DNA of 64,000 bases from Mobula hypostoma (taxonomy: Eukaryota): NCBI RefSeq assembly GCF_963921235.1, contig NC_086108.1:92506001-92570000 (forward strand), read 5' to 3'. How positions within the stretch are numbered: the stretch's first letter is position 1; every line of letters starts with the position of its first letter. This document shows positions 48,459-62,461 of the stretch, one piece after another. Under the pieces are notes generated by a model, which was given only the letters and a program-made list of their open reading frames with translations, ran no database searches and had not been told where the DNA came from. Position numbers and translations under genes: made by a program.

Positions 48459-50611
48459 TTTAAGGACACCACCCACCATCCAGCATCCTCTTTGACTTTC
48501 TCCCATCAGGCGGGATACTCCGATGCACAAAAGCGAGAACGGTCAGGGTGGGAAACAGTTTCTTCCCTCAGGCCGTTAGGCTTCTGAACTCCCTGCACAT
48601 CGCATTCAAAGTCACAGGTTAATCTGTTCTGTACCTGACAATATTTAATTTATGCACTTTGTTCATGTATGTGTAATTCATCAGTAGATTTTATCCTTGC
48701 CTTCCTCAGTTATTGTGTGTTTTTTATGTGTGTGATATGTACTACTGTGCTTTACACCCTGCTCTGGAGAAACATTGTCTCATTCATGTATATAGTTAAA
48801 TTACAATATACTTGACTTGAAATTGAGTGTGTGAGGAACCCAGCAGTTAAAGGTTGAAGTTGCTTTAATGCAAAACGAAGAATAAATCAACACATAAAAC
48901 ACTGGAGGAACTCAGTGACCACTCTGATTATTTTGTGCTAAAATTGACTTTATTTCTGTTCTTATTAAAAATGTTCAATTTAAGTTTTTTCTTGTGAATG
49001 TTACTTAAATGATGCTACTTGTCTGTGACGCTGCTGTAAGTAAATTTTTCGTTGCACTTGTGCGTAAAACAATAAGCTCAACCTGGACTTTGGTCGGGAC
49101 GCCTCTCCGAGGTCAAGCTGTGCTGACAGACCTTTCATCTGACTACTGCCCGTCCAGGTGAAAGATCTGGACCCGAAACGGTGGCCATTCATTTCCATCC
49201 ATGGATACTGTCTGACCCATTAAACTGCTGCAGTGTTGTGTGTGTTGCTCCAGATTCCAGCATCAGCAGTCTCGTGTATCGCCAGTGAACAATAGTGAAT
49301 GCTGTTCTTTGCCAAAGCAATCAAAATGATCAAATAATTGAGTTGAATGATAGCATAATTGTCTGCCTTTGAAGACAAAGGTTGGTGGGCTTTGTGTTTT
49401 ATAATCTGCTCGAGAGTCCCTTAAGACCGGTACAATGGGTGTAATATTTCCTGAATCACTCGTTTCTTTCTTGTTTGCCAATTCCCAAATTGAGATTGTG
49501 AGGAAGAGATCTGTGGGAAGTTTGGGCTAGATGTTATCAAATAATCAGAGGGAAATTTTAACATTTTTGGAGTTGTTTTTCTATGTAGTGCAAATGTTAC
49601 ATTAAAGGGTTGGTTGCTATTTTTATTTGTTTCTGTTTAATCATTTTATTTGCTACTAAGTTTGATGCTGATTCTGATTAGGTTTAGACTGTTGATATTG
49701 GACAGTTGCTGTAGTATTTTGCAATATGAGCAGAGTACTCAGGAGAGCGAAGTCTAATGTGCAAATGCATTGTAATAACATGAAACATGGCTGGGTTGGG
49801 GCTGGCCCATGCAGGCCAACTCTCCCATTGGTGCTGCTCTCCCAGTGTTTGCTTCTTGGAAGACAAGCTGGATTGCCTTTGACCCAGTGAGAGATAAGGA
49901 ACTGCTGCATGCTTGTTCCTGCAAAAGCGCGGCTCCAGGACAACATCCCATGCACCATCAATCTTCAGGCCATGTCACTTAGGGACTTGTGCTAATATTA
50001 TTTTGTGACTGTGCTTTGTAACTGTATGTACTTGTTTTTCACCTTGTCCTTGGAGGAATGATATTTCATTTTGCTGTATACAGGCGTATGGTTGAATGAC
50101 ATTTAAACTTGAATTTGAACTTGAAATATGAAGCTTGTTGCTGCTCGTATGAGCCAAACTCTTCCATAAGCGATGGGCAATTTTGTTTAAAAAAAAAATC
50201 TTGATATTCAAAAGGCAAGCTTATGGTGTGTGCTCTTGCGTTAGAGTTGCCTAAGGTTATGAATTCAAGTTCCACTGTAGAAACATGAGCACAGTTCTGG
50301 GTGACCGTCCCACACTGTATCCTGATGGAGTTTATACTGTCAAAGCAGATGCCTTCCTACTGAGGAATTTTCTCAGATCTTGCATTCTTCTGGATGTAAG
50401 AGATTCCTTGATGCTAATCTGACCGAAAGCATGTGCTCTCACCAGTGTTATATTTATGAATATTTATCCCTTCGTCAACATCAGAAGAAAATAGACTCCT
50501 CACGTTGTTGTTGTTGTTGTTATTATTATTATCATTATTGCTGTTGTACCTCCTCTTGTCAACTATGATTACATTCTAAGTGTGCTTCACCAATGTAAAC
50601 TAAGAATGTAA

Positions 50612-51300
50612 TAGTAATAGTCATAGTCATACTTTATTGATCCCGGGGGAAATTGGTTTTTGTTACAGTTGCACCATAAATAATAAATAGTAATAGAACC
50701 ATAAATAGTTAAATAGTAATATGTAAATTATGCCAGTAAATTATGAACTAAGTCCAGGACCAGCCTATTCGCTCAGGGTGTCTGACCCTCCAAGGGAGGA
50801 GTTGTAAAGTTTGATGGCCACAGGCAGGAATGACTTCCTATGACGCTCTGTGCTGCATCTCGGTGGAATGAGTCTCTGGCTGAATGTACTCCTGTGCCCA
50901 CCCAGTACATTATGTAGTGGATAGGAGACATTGACCAAGATGGCATGCAACTTAGACAGCATCCTCTTTTCAGACACCACCGTCAGAGAGTCCAGTTCCA
51001 TCCCCACATCATCACTGGCGTTACGAATGAGGTTGTTAATTCTGTTGATGTCTGCTACCCTCAGCCTGCCGCCCCAGCACACAACAGCAAACATGATAGC
51101 ACTGGCCACCACAGACTCATAGAACATCCTCAGCATCGTCCGGCAGATGTTAAAAGGACCTCAGTCTCCTCAGTTAATAGAGATGGCTCTGACCCTTTTT
51201 GTAGACAGCCTCAGTGTTCTTTGACCAGTCCAGTTTATTGTCAATTCGTATCCCCAGGTACTTGTAATCCTCCACCATGTCCACACTGACCCCCTGGATG
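50612..51300 (-). mobile_element. Young Rex1/Babar LINE 3' part
   Basis: VEDYKYLGIRIDNKLDWSKN, MLRMFYESVVASAIMFAVVCWG, SFLPVAIKLYN, (ATGACT)n tail. Confidence 0.92.
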
Positions 51301-51630
51301 TAATGGGAAAGCTGCACAAGAAATACATGTCTGTATAAGTCTGTAAGAGCAAGATGGATGGAGAGGAGGCAGTTGTGAAAACTTTCTATTGTGTACTCAA
51401 TTGAAGAGTGCTGATAAAGAGCCTGACTGAACAAAATACAGGCAACACCCCGTCCCCCCCAAGTTACAGTCATGCAGGTTGCGTAAATTCATCTTTGCAG
51501 AGTTCACAAATTAATACCCCAAAAGTTTACTCCTGGAATAAAATTCACTCGCATAGAATTTATGTGGAAAAAGAAATCGGGTTTATTCTCACCAACATAT
51601 ATTGTGAAATCTGCTGTTTTGTGGCAATGG

Positions 51631-51837
51631 TGTTGTGTATTTAATATTTGAGCAGTATTAAAAATATTTGATTAAGCGTTCTTTGTAAGATTAATTATGA
51701 GTTATATGTATGTGAATGGCATATGTTAGCACCATTTCATAAGTGTGCACCTTGCTAAAAGTAATAAAGTACACAAGTTTATTGACAATTGTCCCATGTT
51801 TTACTTTTGATTAGTTTTGGAGTTACGAAACATAACA
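51631..51837 (+). mobile_element. AT-rich solo-LTR-like repeat
   Basis: TGTTGTGT...ACATAACA termini and AATAAA. Related copies at ~41169-41370(+) and ~61849-62097(-). No TSD seen. Confidence 0.55.
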
Positions 51838-51839
51838 AG

Positions 51840-52335
51840 TCCTAATCCTAAGGACTTTCTACTGGGGCACAACTGAGAGCATCCTGACCGGCTGCATCAC
51901 TGCCTGGTATGGGAACTGTATTCCCTCAATCGCAGGGCTCTGCAGAGAGTGGTGCGGACAGCCCAGCGCATCTGTAGATGTGAACTTCCCACTATTCAGG
52001 ACATCTACAAAGACAGGTGTGTAAAAGGGGCTCGAAAGATCATTAGGGACCCGTCACCCCAACCACAAACTGTTCCAGCTGCTACCATCTGGGAAATGGT
52101 ACCGCAGCATAAAAGCCAGGACCAACAGGCTCTGGGACAGCTTCTTCCACAGGCCATCAGACTGATAAACTCACGCTGATACAATTGTATTTCTAAGATA
52201 TATTGACTGTCCTGTTGTATATACTATTTATTATAAATTATTATAAATTGCACATTGCACATTTAGACAGAGATGTAACGTAAAGATTTTATTCATATAT
52301 GTGAAGGATGGAAATAGAGTCAATTCAATTCAATT
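51840..52335 (+). mobile_element. Rex1/Babar LINE 3' end
   Basis: VRTAQRICRCELPTIQDIYKDRCVK; reverse complement of 37310-37800. Confidence 0.88.
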
Positions 52336-52407
52336 GGAACAGTGTAAAATAGAAAATATTACTAAAAGTTACAATATTACTGTAGTTACTATAAGTTGCT
52401 ATACTTA

Positions 52408-52905
52408 TTGGCCACTTTATTAGGTGCAGCAGTGGAACCCAGTGTAGTTTTCAGCAGAGATGCTCTTCTGCACACCACTGTTGGAACATATGATTATTTG
52501 AGTTACTGTTGCCTTCCTGTCACCTTGAACTAATCTGGCCATTTTCCTTTAAACTCTCTCACCAACAAGGCGTTTTTGTCCACATAACTGCCACTCATTG
52601 GAGGTTTTCTGTTTTCGCACCATTCTCTTTAAACTCCAGAGACTGTTGTACGTGGAAATGTCGGGTGAGCAGCGGTTTTTGAGATACTCAAACCACCCCA
52701 TTTGGAGCCAACAATCATTCCACAGTCAAAGTCACTTAGATCACATTTCTTCCCCATTCTGATGTTTGGTCTGAACAACAACTGAACCTTTTGACCACGT
52801 CTGTGTGCTTTTATGTATTGAGAAGCTGCCACATGATTGGTTGATTAGTTATTTGCATTATCAAACTGATGTATAAGTATACCTAATAAATTAGCCACTG
52901 AGTGT
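52408..52905 (-). mobile_element. Internally deleted Tc1-like element
   Basis: TGGCCACTTTATTAGGT...ACCTAATAAATTAGCCACTGAG ends; MGKKCDLSDFDCGMIVG. Confidence 0.8.
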
Positions 52906-53345
52906 ATACTATGTTACATTAAAAAAGAAAAAAGTGCAAAAAAAGGAATAGTGAGGTAGTGTTAATGGACTATTCAGAAATCTGATGGTGGAGGGAAAGA
53001 AGCTGTTCCTAAAAGGCTGAGACTTTCTTGACTTGCGTCCAAATGATGGACTTCACATTACAGAAAACTGCAACAGAGTTCAACAGTCCTAGTAACAAAA
53101 TCCTCACCTGTAATGCAAGTGCCACTAATACTCAGCTCAGATCTGGATCTATCAGCACGCACTCCATGACTGAAATCTTCAGCAAATCAAACAGTATATT
53201 ATGAGCTGTTTCTATGTAGGGATTGAAGGATCCCAGCTTTTAATGTCTACTGTACAAATTTTGGGTTCAGTTGGGCTAGAGGTATATGAGCCTTATTAGA
53301 ACACAACCAGGTTCAAGAACATTTATTACTGTAAAACCATCAGAC

Positions 53346-54358
53346 TCTTGGGTCCAACATATAATTCTCTGTAACTTCTGCCACCTCCAACGGGATCCCA
53401 CCACTAAGCACATCTTTCCCTCCCCCCCCCCACCTCTGCTTTCTGCATGGATTGCTCCCTATGCGACTCCCGTGTCCTTTTGTTTCTCCGCCCCCCCCCC
53501 ATCCCTTCCCACCGATCTCCCTCCTGGCACGTATCCTTGTAAGCGGAACAAGTGCTACACATGCCCTTACACTTCCTCCCTCACCACCATTCAGGGCCCC
53601 AGACAGTCCTTCCCGGTGAGGCAACACTTCACCTGTGAGTCGGCTGGGGTGATATACTGCATAAGGTGCTCCCGATGTGGCCTTCTATATATTTGGCATG
53701 ACCCGACGCAGACTGGGAGACCGTTTCGCTGAACACCTACACTCTGTCCACCAGAGAAAGCAGGATCTCCCAGTGGCCACACATTTTAATTCTACGTCCC
53801 ATTCCCATTCTGATATGTCCATCCATAGACTCTTCTACCGTCAAGATGAAGCCACACTCAGGTTGGAGGAACAATACCTTATATTCCGTCTGGGTAGCCT
53901 CCAACCTGATGGCATGAACATTGACTTCTCAAACTTCCATTGATGCCCCACCTTCCCTTCGTACCCCATCCCTTATTTATGTATTTATTATTATTGTTTT
54001 TTTCTTTCCCCACTTTTTTCCTCTCTTTTTTCTCCCTCTGTCCCTCTCACTATAACTCCTTGCCCATCCTCTGGGTCCCCCCACCCCGACCCTTTCTTTC
54101 TCCCTAGGCCTCCCGTCCCATGATCTCTCCCTTCTCCAGCCCTGTATCCCTTTTGCCAATCTATTTTCCAGCTCTTAGCTCCATCCCTCCCCCTCCTGTC
54201 TTCTCCTATCATTTTGGATCTCCCCCCCCACTTTCAAATCTCTTACTATCTCTTCTTTCAGTTAGTCCTGACGAAGGGTCTTGGCCCGAAACGTCGACTG
54301 TACCTCTTCCTAGAGATGCTGCTTGGTCTGCTGCGTTCACCAGCAGTTTTTGTGTGTG
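53346..54358 (+). mobile_element. 5'-truncated Penelope-like element (GIY-YIG + terminal repeat with intact hammerhead)
   Basis: VIYCIRCSRCGLLYI, RLEEQYLIFRLGSLQPDGMNIDFSNF, hammerhead at 54264-54299. Confidence 0.92.
54264..54299 (+). ncRNA. Minimal type I hammerhead ribozyme motif (Penelope-borne)
   Basis: AGUC-CUGACGA-A-GGGUC(UU)GGCCC-GAAAC-GUC^GACU. Helix I is AGUC/GACU, helix II is GGGUC/GGCCC, and helix III is reduced to palindromic ACGU. Confidence 0.8.
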
Positions 54359-56694
54359 AGACTCTTGAAGAGGCATGGATAACTTCACTCATCTCACCTC
54401 TGAACTGTTTCCACAATCTACAGCGTCATTTTCAAGGACTCTTTAACTCATGTTCTCAGTATTTTTTATTTATTTTATTTGCACAGTTTGTCTTTTTTCC
54501 CATTGGTTGTTAGTCAAGACTTCGTTTATGTATAGTTTTTCAAAAATTCTATTGTATTTTTTTATGTTCCTGCAAATGTATGCAAGGAAATGAATCTCAA
54601 GGTGACATATACATATTTTGATTATACATTTACTTGACTTTGACTTTGAGATGTCTGTTGGAGGAGAACAATGTGGGGATGTGCGGAAACATAATCCGGG
54701 TGCTGTGTGAATTGAAATGAAGGACATAGTCAGGGAAAGTGGAATTGGAAGCATATTTGTTTGTGCCCTTTGCTCTTGATTGTGGCCATGAATTTATTCA
54801 TAGAACATCCACTAGGAATCAGATCATTGTATTCCCTTTTCCTGTTTGGAGCAGGTCGGGACCAAGCCTAAACTTTATACAAGGACTCTATAATCCAAGT
54901 TAGTTATCCTTGTGTTCTAATCTTTCTTCATCAAAAAAAAACACACTTGGCTTCAGTTTCAAAGTACAGAAGGTCAAGTGTGTGTGTGTGTGTGTGCATG
55001 TGTGCGCGCTGCTTCTTGGGCCCGGGGCCTTGTTGAATTTCTTGAGGATGAAGGAGCAACACCTCATATTCTGTCTGGGTAGCCTCCAACCTGGTAGCAT
55101 AGACATCAATTTCTTGAACTTCTGCTAATTTACCCTCTGCCGCCATTCCCCATTGCTGTCTCCCTTTCTCACCTTATCTCCTTACCTACCCATCACCTCC
55201 CTCTGGTGCTCTGCCTCTTTCCCTTTCTTCCGTGGTCTTCAACCCTCTCCTATCAGATTCCCCCTCCTCCAGCCCTGTATCTCTTTCACAAATCAACTTC
55301 CCAGCTCTTTATTTCACCCCTCCCTCCCTCCCCCCTTCAGCTTTCACCTATCACCTACCACCTTGTACTTTGTCCTCCCCTTCTTACACTGACTTCTCAT
55401 CCTTTTTTTCCTGCCCTGGTGAAGGTTCTCGACCCGAAATGTCAACAGTTCATTCATTTCTCTAGACACTGCCTGACCTGCTGAGTTCCTCCAGCATTTT
55501 GTGCGTTGCCTTCCTGAGGATAGTTGCAGTTAATTCAGCCAAATGTAAAATGGGATTGCATTTTCTTATTACAAACTCGGTTTAGTCAGATGGAATCAAA
55601 TTGTTTTTTTTTGAATAGAAATGAATAGGAGGTTGAGGAGTTAACAATGTTACTCCTGGAATATTGAGAGTTCAGCCGTTTGCTTTGAACCATGCCAAAC
55701 ATGCCTGCTTTCATGAACTTATTAACTGTTGTGGAGTGGTTTTAAATATATGTGGGCTGCCTTCCAGTCTATGCATTTTAATATTTTTTAAATGTGTTAT
55801 TGGCATATTTATGTGATAATTTTCCAAGCCATAACACACAGATGTCAAGTAAGTGTTTGCTTCAGTTAAGGCAGGATTAGAGGCAGGGATAATTGAATCA
55901 GAGCTTGTGAAGACGTTACTCATTTTAAAATTGTGCCTTTTGTCCTTATTTATATCCCCATAAGAAATTCTTAATTCCGCATTAATAATTGGAACAGGTT
56001 ACATATAATCTTTCTCAGTAGTTCTAGTGCTGAAACAGCAATGTGTTTACTGAAGGGGTAGATTACAATCGCCATGTGAGTGGTTTAATCAATTCTTATT
56101 ATAAATTTGGTTCCGTAGTGATTGTCACAAAATCCAAATATCCTAAAGGGAGTTACAGTCAGAAAAGGAGCTTTTGAAGAAAAATTACCTCTGTTGTGTC
56201 AAGAAAACTTCTTTAAGTACAGCAAACTGCCACAAACAGCAATAAGGTAGCAACCGTGTAATCAGTTAATGGTTAAAGGATTGCCCAAAACTGCGAATGG
56301 TCTTTCCTGCTCTTCTGCATAGAGGTTTATAAAACTGCAGCAGCATAGAAAAGGCAGTAAGGCAGAGTATTTTTCCCAGGGTAGAAATGTTGAATACCTG
56401 CAGGGCACAGTTTTAAAGTGAAAGGAGAGATGGTTTAAATGGGAGGGTGAGACTGGTACAACTGAAACAGTTTGCACGTGATGGAGGTGGGGGGGGGGGT
56501 GAAGGAACCAATATCCTTTCAGGAAGGTTTGCTAGTACTGCTCCAGGGGTTTAAACTGATGTTGTAGGGGCTGGAACCAGAGTGCCAAGGCAGCTAGTGG
56601 AATGGTTGTGGGGAAAATAAATGAGAGGTGGTTAGTAATTAAAATGATGAGATGAATGATCTAGAGACAAGAGTTAAACTGTATTAAACTATTT

Positions 56695-56990
56695 CTAGCC
56701 TACCAGCATGAGTAACAGTCTGGCGATTGCCATTCTGGAAGTCCGGTCCTTGAATATAGCCCCTAACTCCCAGAAGTCACTTTTCAGGACCTTGGTATTC
56801 TTCTTGCCCTTGTCATTGGTAGCAACATGGACCATGACCTCTGGCTGCTCACTGTCCCCCATGGACTTGCTCTGAGATGTCCCTAACATTGACATCTGGG
56901 AATCTCACTCTTGTCCACAGAACCTCCTGTCTGTTCCTCTAACTAATGAATTAATCACCTTTCCCTACTGCACTCGACTTCTCTTTGCCT
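56695..56990 (-). mobile_element. CR1 ORF1 SGNH-esterase fragment
   Basis: GDSEQPEVMVHVATND...SDFWELG...KDRTSRMAI resembles the esterase GxND block of CR1 ORF1. A plus-strand ORF1 end fragment lies at ~56500-56610. Confidence 0.7.
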
Positions 56991-58561
56991 TCCCTTCTAA
57001 GTCACAGAGCCAGAGACCTTACTACTGTGGCTTTCATCTTGACTCCATTTGCTGGTACTTGTTTGCTTAATCAAAGGAAACATCGTAGAATAGTTAGTCA
57101 TGTTTTGCAAAAAATCAATAATGTGTCTAGTACTAAGTTTGTGAACCAAAAGCCCCACAATGTGGCAAAAACCTGAACAGTATATTGATGCTTCATGTTC
57201 TGGCTTAAGCACTCTCGATAGCTCTGTTATATGCACTCAGTGGTCAATTTATTAGGTACCTCATCACTAACAAGGTGTTTCCATGCACAGAACTGCTACT
57301 CACTGGATTTTCACACCATTCTCCATAAACTCTAGAGACTGTGCAAAAATCCCTGGAGATCATCAGTTTCTAAGATATGCAGACCACCCCATCTGGCACC
57401 AACAATCAGTCCATGGAAAAATCACTTGAATCACATTTCTTCTCCATTCTGATGTTTGGTCTGATCAGCAACTGATCCTCTTGACCATATCTGCGTGCTT
57501 TTATGTGTTGAGTTGCTGCCATGGGATTGGCTGATGAGTGATACGCATTAACGAGCAGGTGTACAGGTGTATCTAATAAAGTGGCCACTGAGTCTATGAT
57601 GAGTAGTGGCAGCAAATAGTATTTGCTGGGCATGCTCTCAACAAAAGTGAATATAACTGCAAATGGAAAAAGTGATTAAATATTATTCATTGAAGTAAAC
57701 TGTCATAGCTGATTGCTCGTTCAAGGTTAGTACATTGGTAATAACGATACTGAAAGTTTGATTTATTTTTTGCTGTGCAACTTGTAAGCAAGGATCTCAT
57801 TGTTAAGGCCACTGAGATTGATAATGACTTAACAAGATGAATTATTAAAGTGAATTTTCAAACACACTGAAAGGATGAACCATCCTGGCATGTGTCCAAG
57901 TGAAGATTTATTCTGAGACTAAAGTCCCAGACTGTCCAATAAACAAAACTCTTTAAAATAAGGCACATCACGCAATTATTTCAGATATTCTTTTCAAATG
58001 ATAGTAAATTTATGTCTGAATGCTGAGCTGAATCTCTGCTATGCATGAAATACCAGTTGAGTTAATGTTGCCAATGATCCACAGTTTTCTTCCCATTTGT
58101 TTGAGATTTTTATGAGATGTAATGATGTCAGTCATCTGGTCACTGTTCTGGATCACCCTGCTTCCCCAGGGGTAGCAGAAAGTTGTATAGTATGAGCTAA
58201 AAGAGGCCTTGAGGAACAAGTGTTCCACGGTTCCTGTAGCTTAATGATGAATCATCAATTAGCTAACTTCTTATTTAAATCCTTTTGAGTGCACACCCTT
58301 CTACTGGTTTCACTCCAGCAGAGCTGTTAATGCATCACTGTCTTTGCATGCAATTTGGTACAGCTTTCCTGAGAAGAAATAATAGAGGGGGGTAGTAATT
58401 AAAGAGGAAGGCAATGGTGGTTGCACCGATGATCTGACTATTCTGATAAAAGGTGATTCTTTCTAAGATCTGGTAGCAGGAAAAAGACTCCGCAACAGGA
58501 CATCCATTTTTATTTGTAAAGGCCTCTAATACTCATTGGAAAGAACATTAGAAAAGACCTT

Positions 58562-59100
58562 AGAACATAGAAATCTACAGCACATTACAGGCCCTTCGGC
58601 CCACAATGTTGTGCTGACCATGTAACCTACTCTAGAAGCTGCCTAGAATTACCCTACTGCATAACCCTCTATTTTTCTAAGTGCCATGTACCTACCTAAG
58701 AGGCTCTTAAAAGACCCTGTTGTAACCGCTTCCACCACCGCCGCTGGCAGTGCATTCCACGCACCCACCACTCCCTGTGTGAAAAACTTAACCCTGACAT
58801 CCCCTTGGTACCTGTTTCCAAGCACCTTAAAACTATGCCCCCTCGTGTTAGCCATTTCAGCCCTGGGAAAAAGCCTCCAGCTATCCACATGATCAATGCC
58901 CCTCATCATCTCACACACCTCTTTCAGGTCACCTCTCATCCTTCGTCGTTGCAAGGAGAAAAGGCCAAGTTCACTCAACCTGTTCTCATAAGGCACACCC
59001 TCCAATCTAGGCAATATCTTTGTAAATCTCCTCTGCACTCTCTCTATAGCATCCGCATCCTTCCTGTCGTGAGGTGACCAGGACTGAACACAGTATTTCT
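58562..59100 (-). mobile_element. CR1 3' part
   Basis: YCVQSWSPH...IERVQRRFTKILP...NTRGHSFKV; same family as 23582-24637. Confidence 0.9.
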
Positions 59101-60694
59101 GATAAGGTGATAATAGCATGAGGTGTATGTGAAGATACTGAGATGTTTCGTGTTAGTGAACCTACTCTCAGTTAGGTACACCTGGGTATTGCAAATATCT
59201 GATCGGCCAATCATGCCAGACGGGTTCAAGCTGATAGGAAGGTGACAGTACCTCAAATAATCACGCATTGCAACAGTGGTGTGCAGGAGAGCATCTCTGA
59301 AAATACAACACGTCAAATCTTGAAGTAGGTGGGCTACAGCAGCAGAAGACCACAAACATACAGAAGTATACTCACTGGCTACTTTATTGAGTACCTTCTT
59401 GACCTAATGATGTGGCCACTGAGTGTGTAAACGAGCAACAATCAATTAATTTTAAGTATTACACAAAACAGGGGAGTGAAAAGGTTGCAGTTCCTTTGGT
59501 TCAAGGAATTACAGTAATTCATCAGAGAACTAATTAAGAAAGCCACTAATAGACTGAACCTATAATGAAGACGAACACATAAAGAGCTCTCCTTTATTTT
59601 CAAAGAGGTAAAGCAGTGTGGTGCAAGTGCAATGTGTTATTAGGTTTTATAATGACATTTTCTTGAATGACATTGGTGCCAGGCATTGGTGTACCTTGCA
59701 CACTACTGTGCAAAAATCTTATGCACGTAAAAAAATACTGTAAAGCGGAGATGCTCTTAAAAGTAATGAAATGAGAAGTTTCTAAATATCTGAAAATACT
59801 ATAGAGAGCAGTAAAATAGTAAATCAAATCAATATTTGGTGTGACCATCCTTTGCCTTTAAAACTGCAATTCTCTAAAAAACGAACGAAAATCTGCAGAT
59901 AACACACACAAAATTCTGGAGGAATTCAGCAGGCCAGGCAGCATCTGTAGAAAAGAGAACAGTTGACATTTGGGGCCAAGACCCTTCGGCAGGACTGGAG
60001 AAAATAGAATTGATTCTCTCAGGTACACTATTGTGCAGTTTTATAACAACATCGGCAGGTAGGTTGTTCCAACCATCTTGGAGAAGTTGCCACCATTCCT
60101 CTGCAGTCTGTGGATGTCCTGCTTGCTTCTGTCTGTCCGGGTCATTCCAGACATCCCTGATGATTTTGAGATCAGAGCTCTGTGGAGGCCATACTATTTG
60201 AAACTATATAAAAAATCTAGGGTGCCTAAGACTTTTGCACAGTCCTGTATTCAGATTAAAACAAAGCACACACTATAGTTTTGAAGCTCCTTTGTCCTGT
60301 AAATATAATTGTGGTTACAGATTACCACTATCAGTGTAATATAAAATACATTACTCTCATATTTTTTCACCTCCCACAGGATCTTAAACATCCTTTCTCT
60401 TTCAGATTTGTATTATGTGACTATTTTTCATTTTATCAGTAGAGCATAGATAATGATCCTATCTTTACAGTAGGCTTGTGAAACAAAATGGGTTAGGATG
60501 AGCCAAAATATAATGTTCTGGTCTAATTGTGATTTAGTGCAAACTTGGCAAGGGTGAGTAACTGAACTATGGTTAAATATATTTAGCCTGAGTAATGTGA
60601 ATATCTTACAACTATACAGTAGGTTAATGCTTCTCACTGAACCTGGTGCCAAAAATTTTCAAAAGCAATATCCTTCTTTCCACTTGTTTTGCAG

Positions 60695-60817
60695 TTTACC
60701 ATTCACCGGATTCCCCGTAGTCGTGAAGTACGTCAATCTTGGGTGACTTCAGTGGTCTCTACACTATTTGCCCTGTTGTATTCCATCCCACTGGTATTCC
60801 AACTTAAACCAGACGTG
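60695..60817 (+). CDS. ALG14: ALG14 coding exon 3 (123 nt)
   Basis: Acceptor ccttctttccacttgttttgcAG. Translates FTIHRIPRSREVRQSWVTSVVSTLFALLYSIPLVFQLKPDV, containing the ALG14 motif IPRSREVxQS. Donor GTG|GTATGT; phase 0/0. The gene continues beyond the window. Confidence 0.95.
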
Positions 60818-62461
60818 GTATGTATAACCATCCAACAGTGGAATCTATGTCTCTGAGACCTTTATCTGACGTACAGGCCATATCTCTTGTTTCTACTTCC
60901 GTGTTATATTTTTGGTGTGTGGAAATTTTAACATCAAACATTTTAGTTGTAAATCCTTGTGGAGCTGGTCGGTTGTAGAGAATGTTGATGAACTAGATGC
61001 TCGTGACGTTAGTGTGTGGTTCAGATTTTTAGCTTAGCCCATAGTCAGTAAATGACTGACTGTAAGTTCTTCTTGTTTGGTATGGCAAATTTCCAGTTTC
61101 AAGCATTAAAAATATTACATGATTGCCCTGGTTAAGGGTGTGCAGTGGTGTTTAATTGTGCAGAAAGCTCAGCAAAAAGATGGATTGTGCAGCCTGACTC
61201 CTCTCTACTGTCAGCATTCCTTTTGGAGCTTATAGCTTGAACCCATTTCCCATTTAATGTGTTTTCCTTAAATGGCTATTCTTCAATAGTCCCACTTTTC
61301 AGTGGTCCTTCACTAAAGCACGCAAGGCTTTCCCTCATTTAAAAAAAATATTTTAATGAGCTTTTTTTTAAAAGAAATACAAAGTGCAGTTGGTACTTTT
61401 ATTTGTGTATATGAGTTTTACACCCATAAAATCAACTACTTCCAATTGCTGAGGCCAGCTTGATCCAATAAGACTATGGAATACCGTTAGTCCTGTTTGC
61501 ATGCACTTCAATTTTCCTGTGCAGTCCATTTATTTTTGTCTGCCCAACATGCTTTTTGTATGTGTCCTACTTTGTTGCATTTTCTGGAAGTTTCACCTTT
61601 AAATCTGCATTGGTCTGGTATATGTGTGCCCCTGCCACAACAGTAGCGCAGTTTGTTTGGCTATGCCAGTTTCCATTTAGACATGGCAATTTTGTTCATG
61701 CTCACTTTCACTCCTGGCTGCAACTCAGTTATGTCTCTGTCTGCTGTTTCCATTGATACAGCTCTTTCAACTGCTCTTTTAAATTTAAGTTGTGCTTTAC
61801 TGAGGAGCCATTTTTGAAATTTTTCTTCTAAGATTCCTTGCTACCACTATTATGTTTTGTAACTCCAAAGTATAAAACTAATTGAAAACAGAAGCACGGA
61901 GCCAAGAATAATGTACTTTAGTTTTGTTTTTACTTTAAACGAGGTGTGAAAGTGTGACGCAGTCGTGTGATGACATATGCCATTCACATATATCATACAT
62001 ATAACCATAATGAATTATATAAATAACAAAGAATTCTTCTTCATAGAACAAATTTACAATATTACTCAAATATTACTGAAATATTAAATATGCAGTAATT
62101 CCTGTCCTGCTTAAATTTGTTTCTTTATTCTTTCAGCTCTATTCCACTCTTTAAGATACATTAAAAGTTTGACCCCAGTGCAGTTAAATGGGAACAACAC
62201 TCATTGGTCCCCTGAGAAAAAGAAATCCTTCTCGAGTCTGTATTAAGTGGACAATCCCTTATTCTGAATCTATGCCTTGGAGTTGTAGGTTCCCTCATGA
62301 GGGGAAATATCCTTTTCACATATCTGATCTGCTCTCATTTTTATATATGCCAAACTATAGGTCAAATCAAACTTTCCTCCTGGAACAATTTCTTCTCTAA
62401 AGTAAGTATCATAGTAAGCGCTCCCCAAATTACCTTTATTGCAACTAAACCCCAAAACTCA

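Noticed and set aside
55520..58560. Repeat-poor AT-rich stretches as conserved non-coding elements or hidden exons
   Set aside because: No ORF, splice or structural evidence; conservation cannot be judged without alignments.
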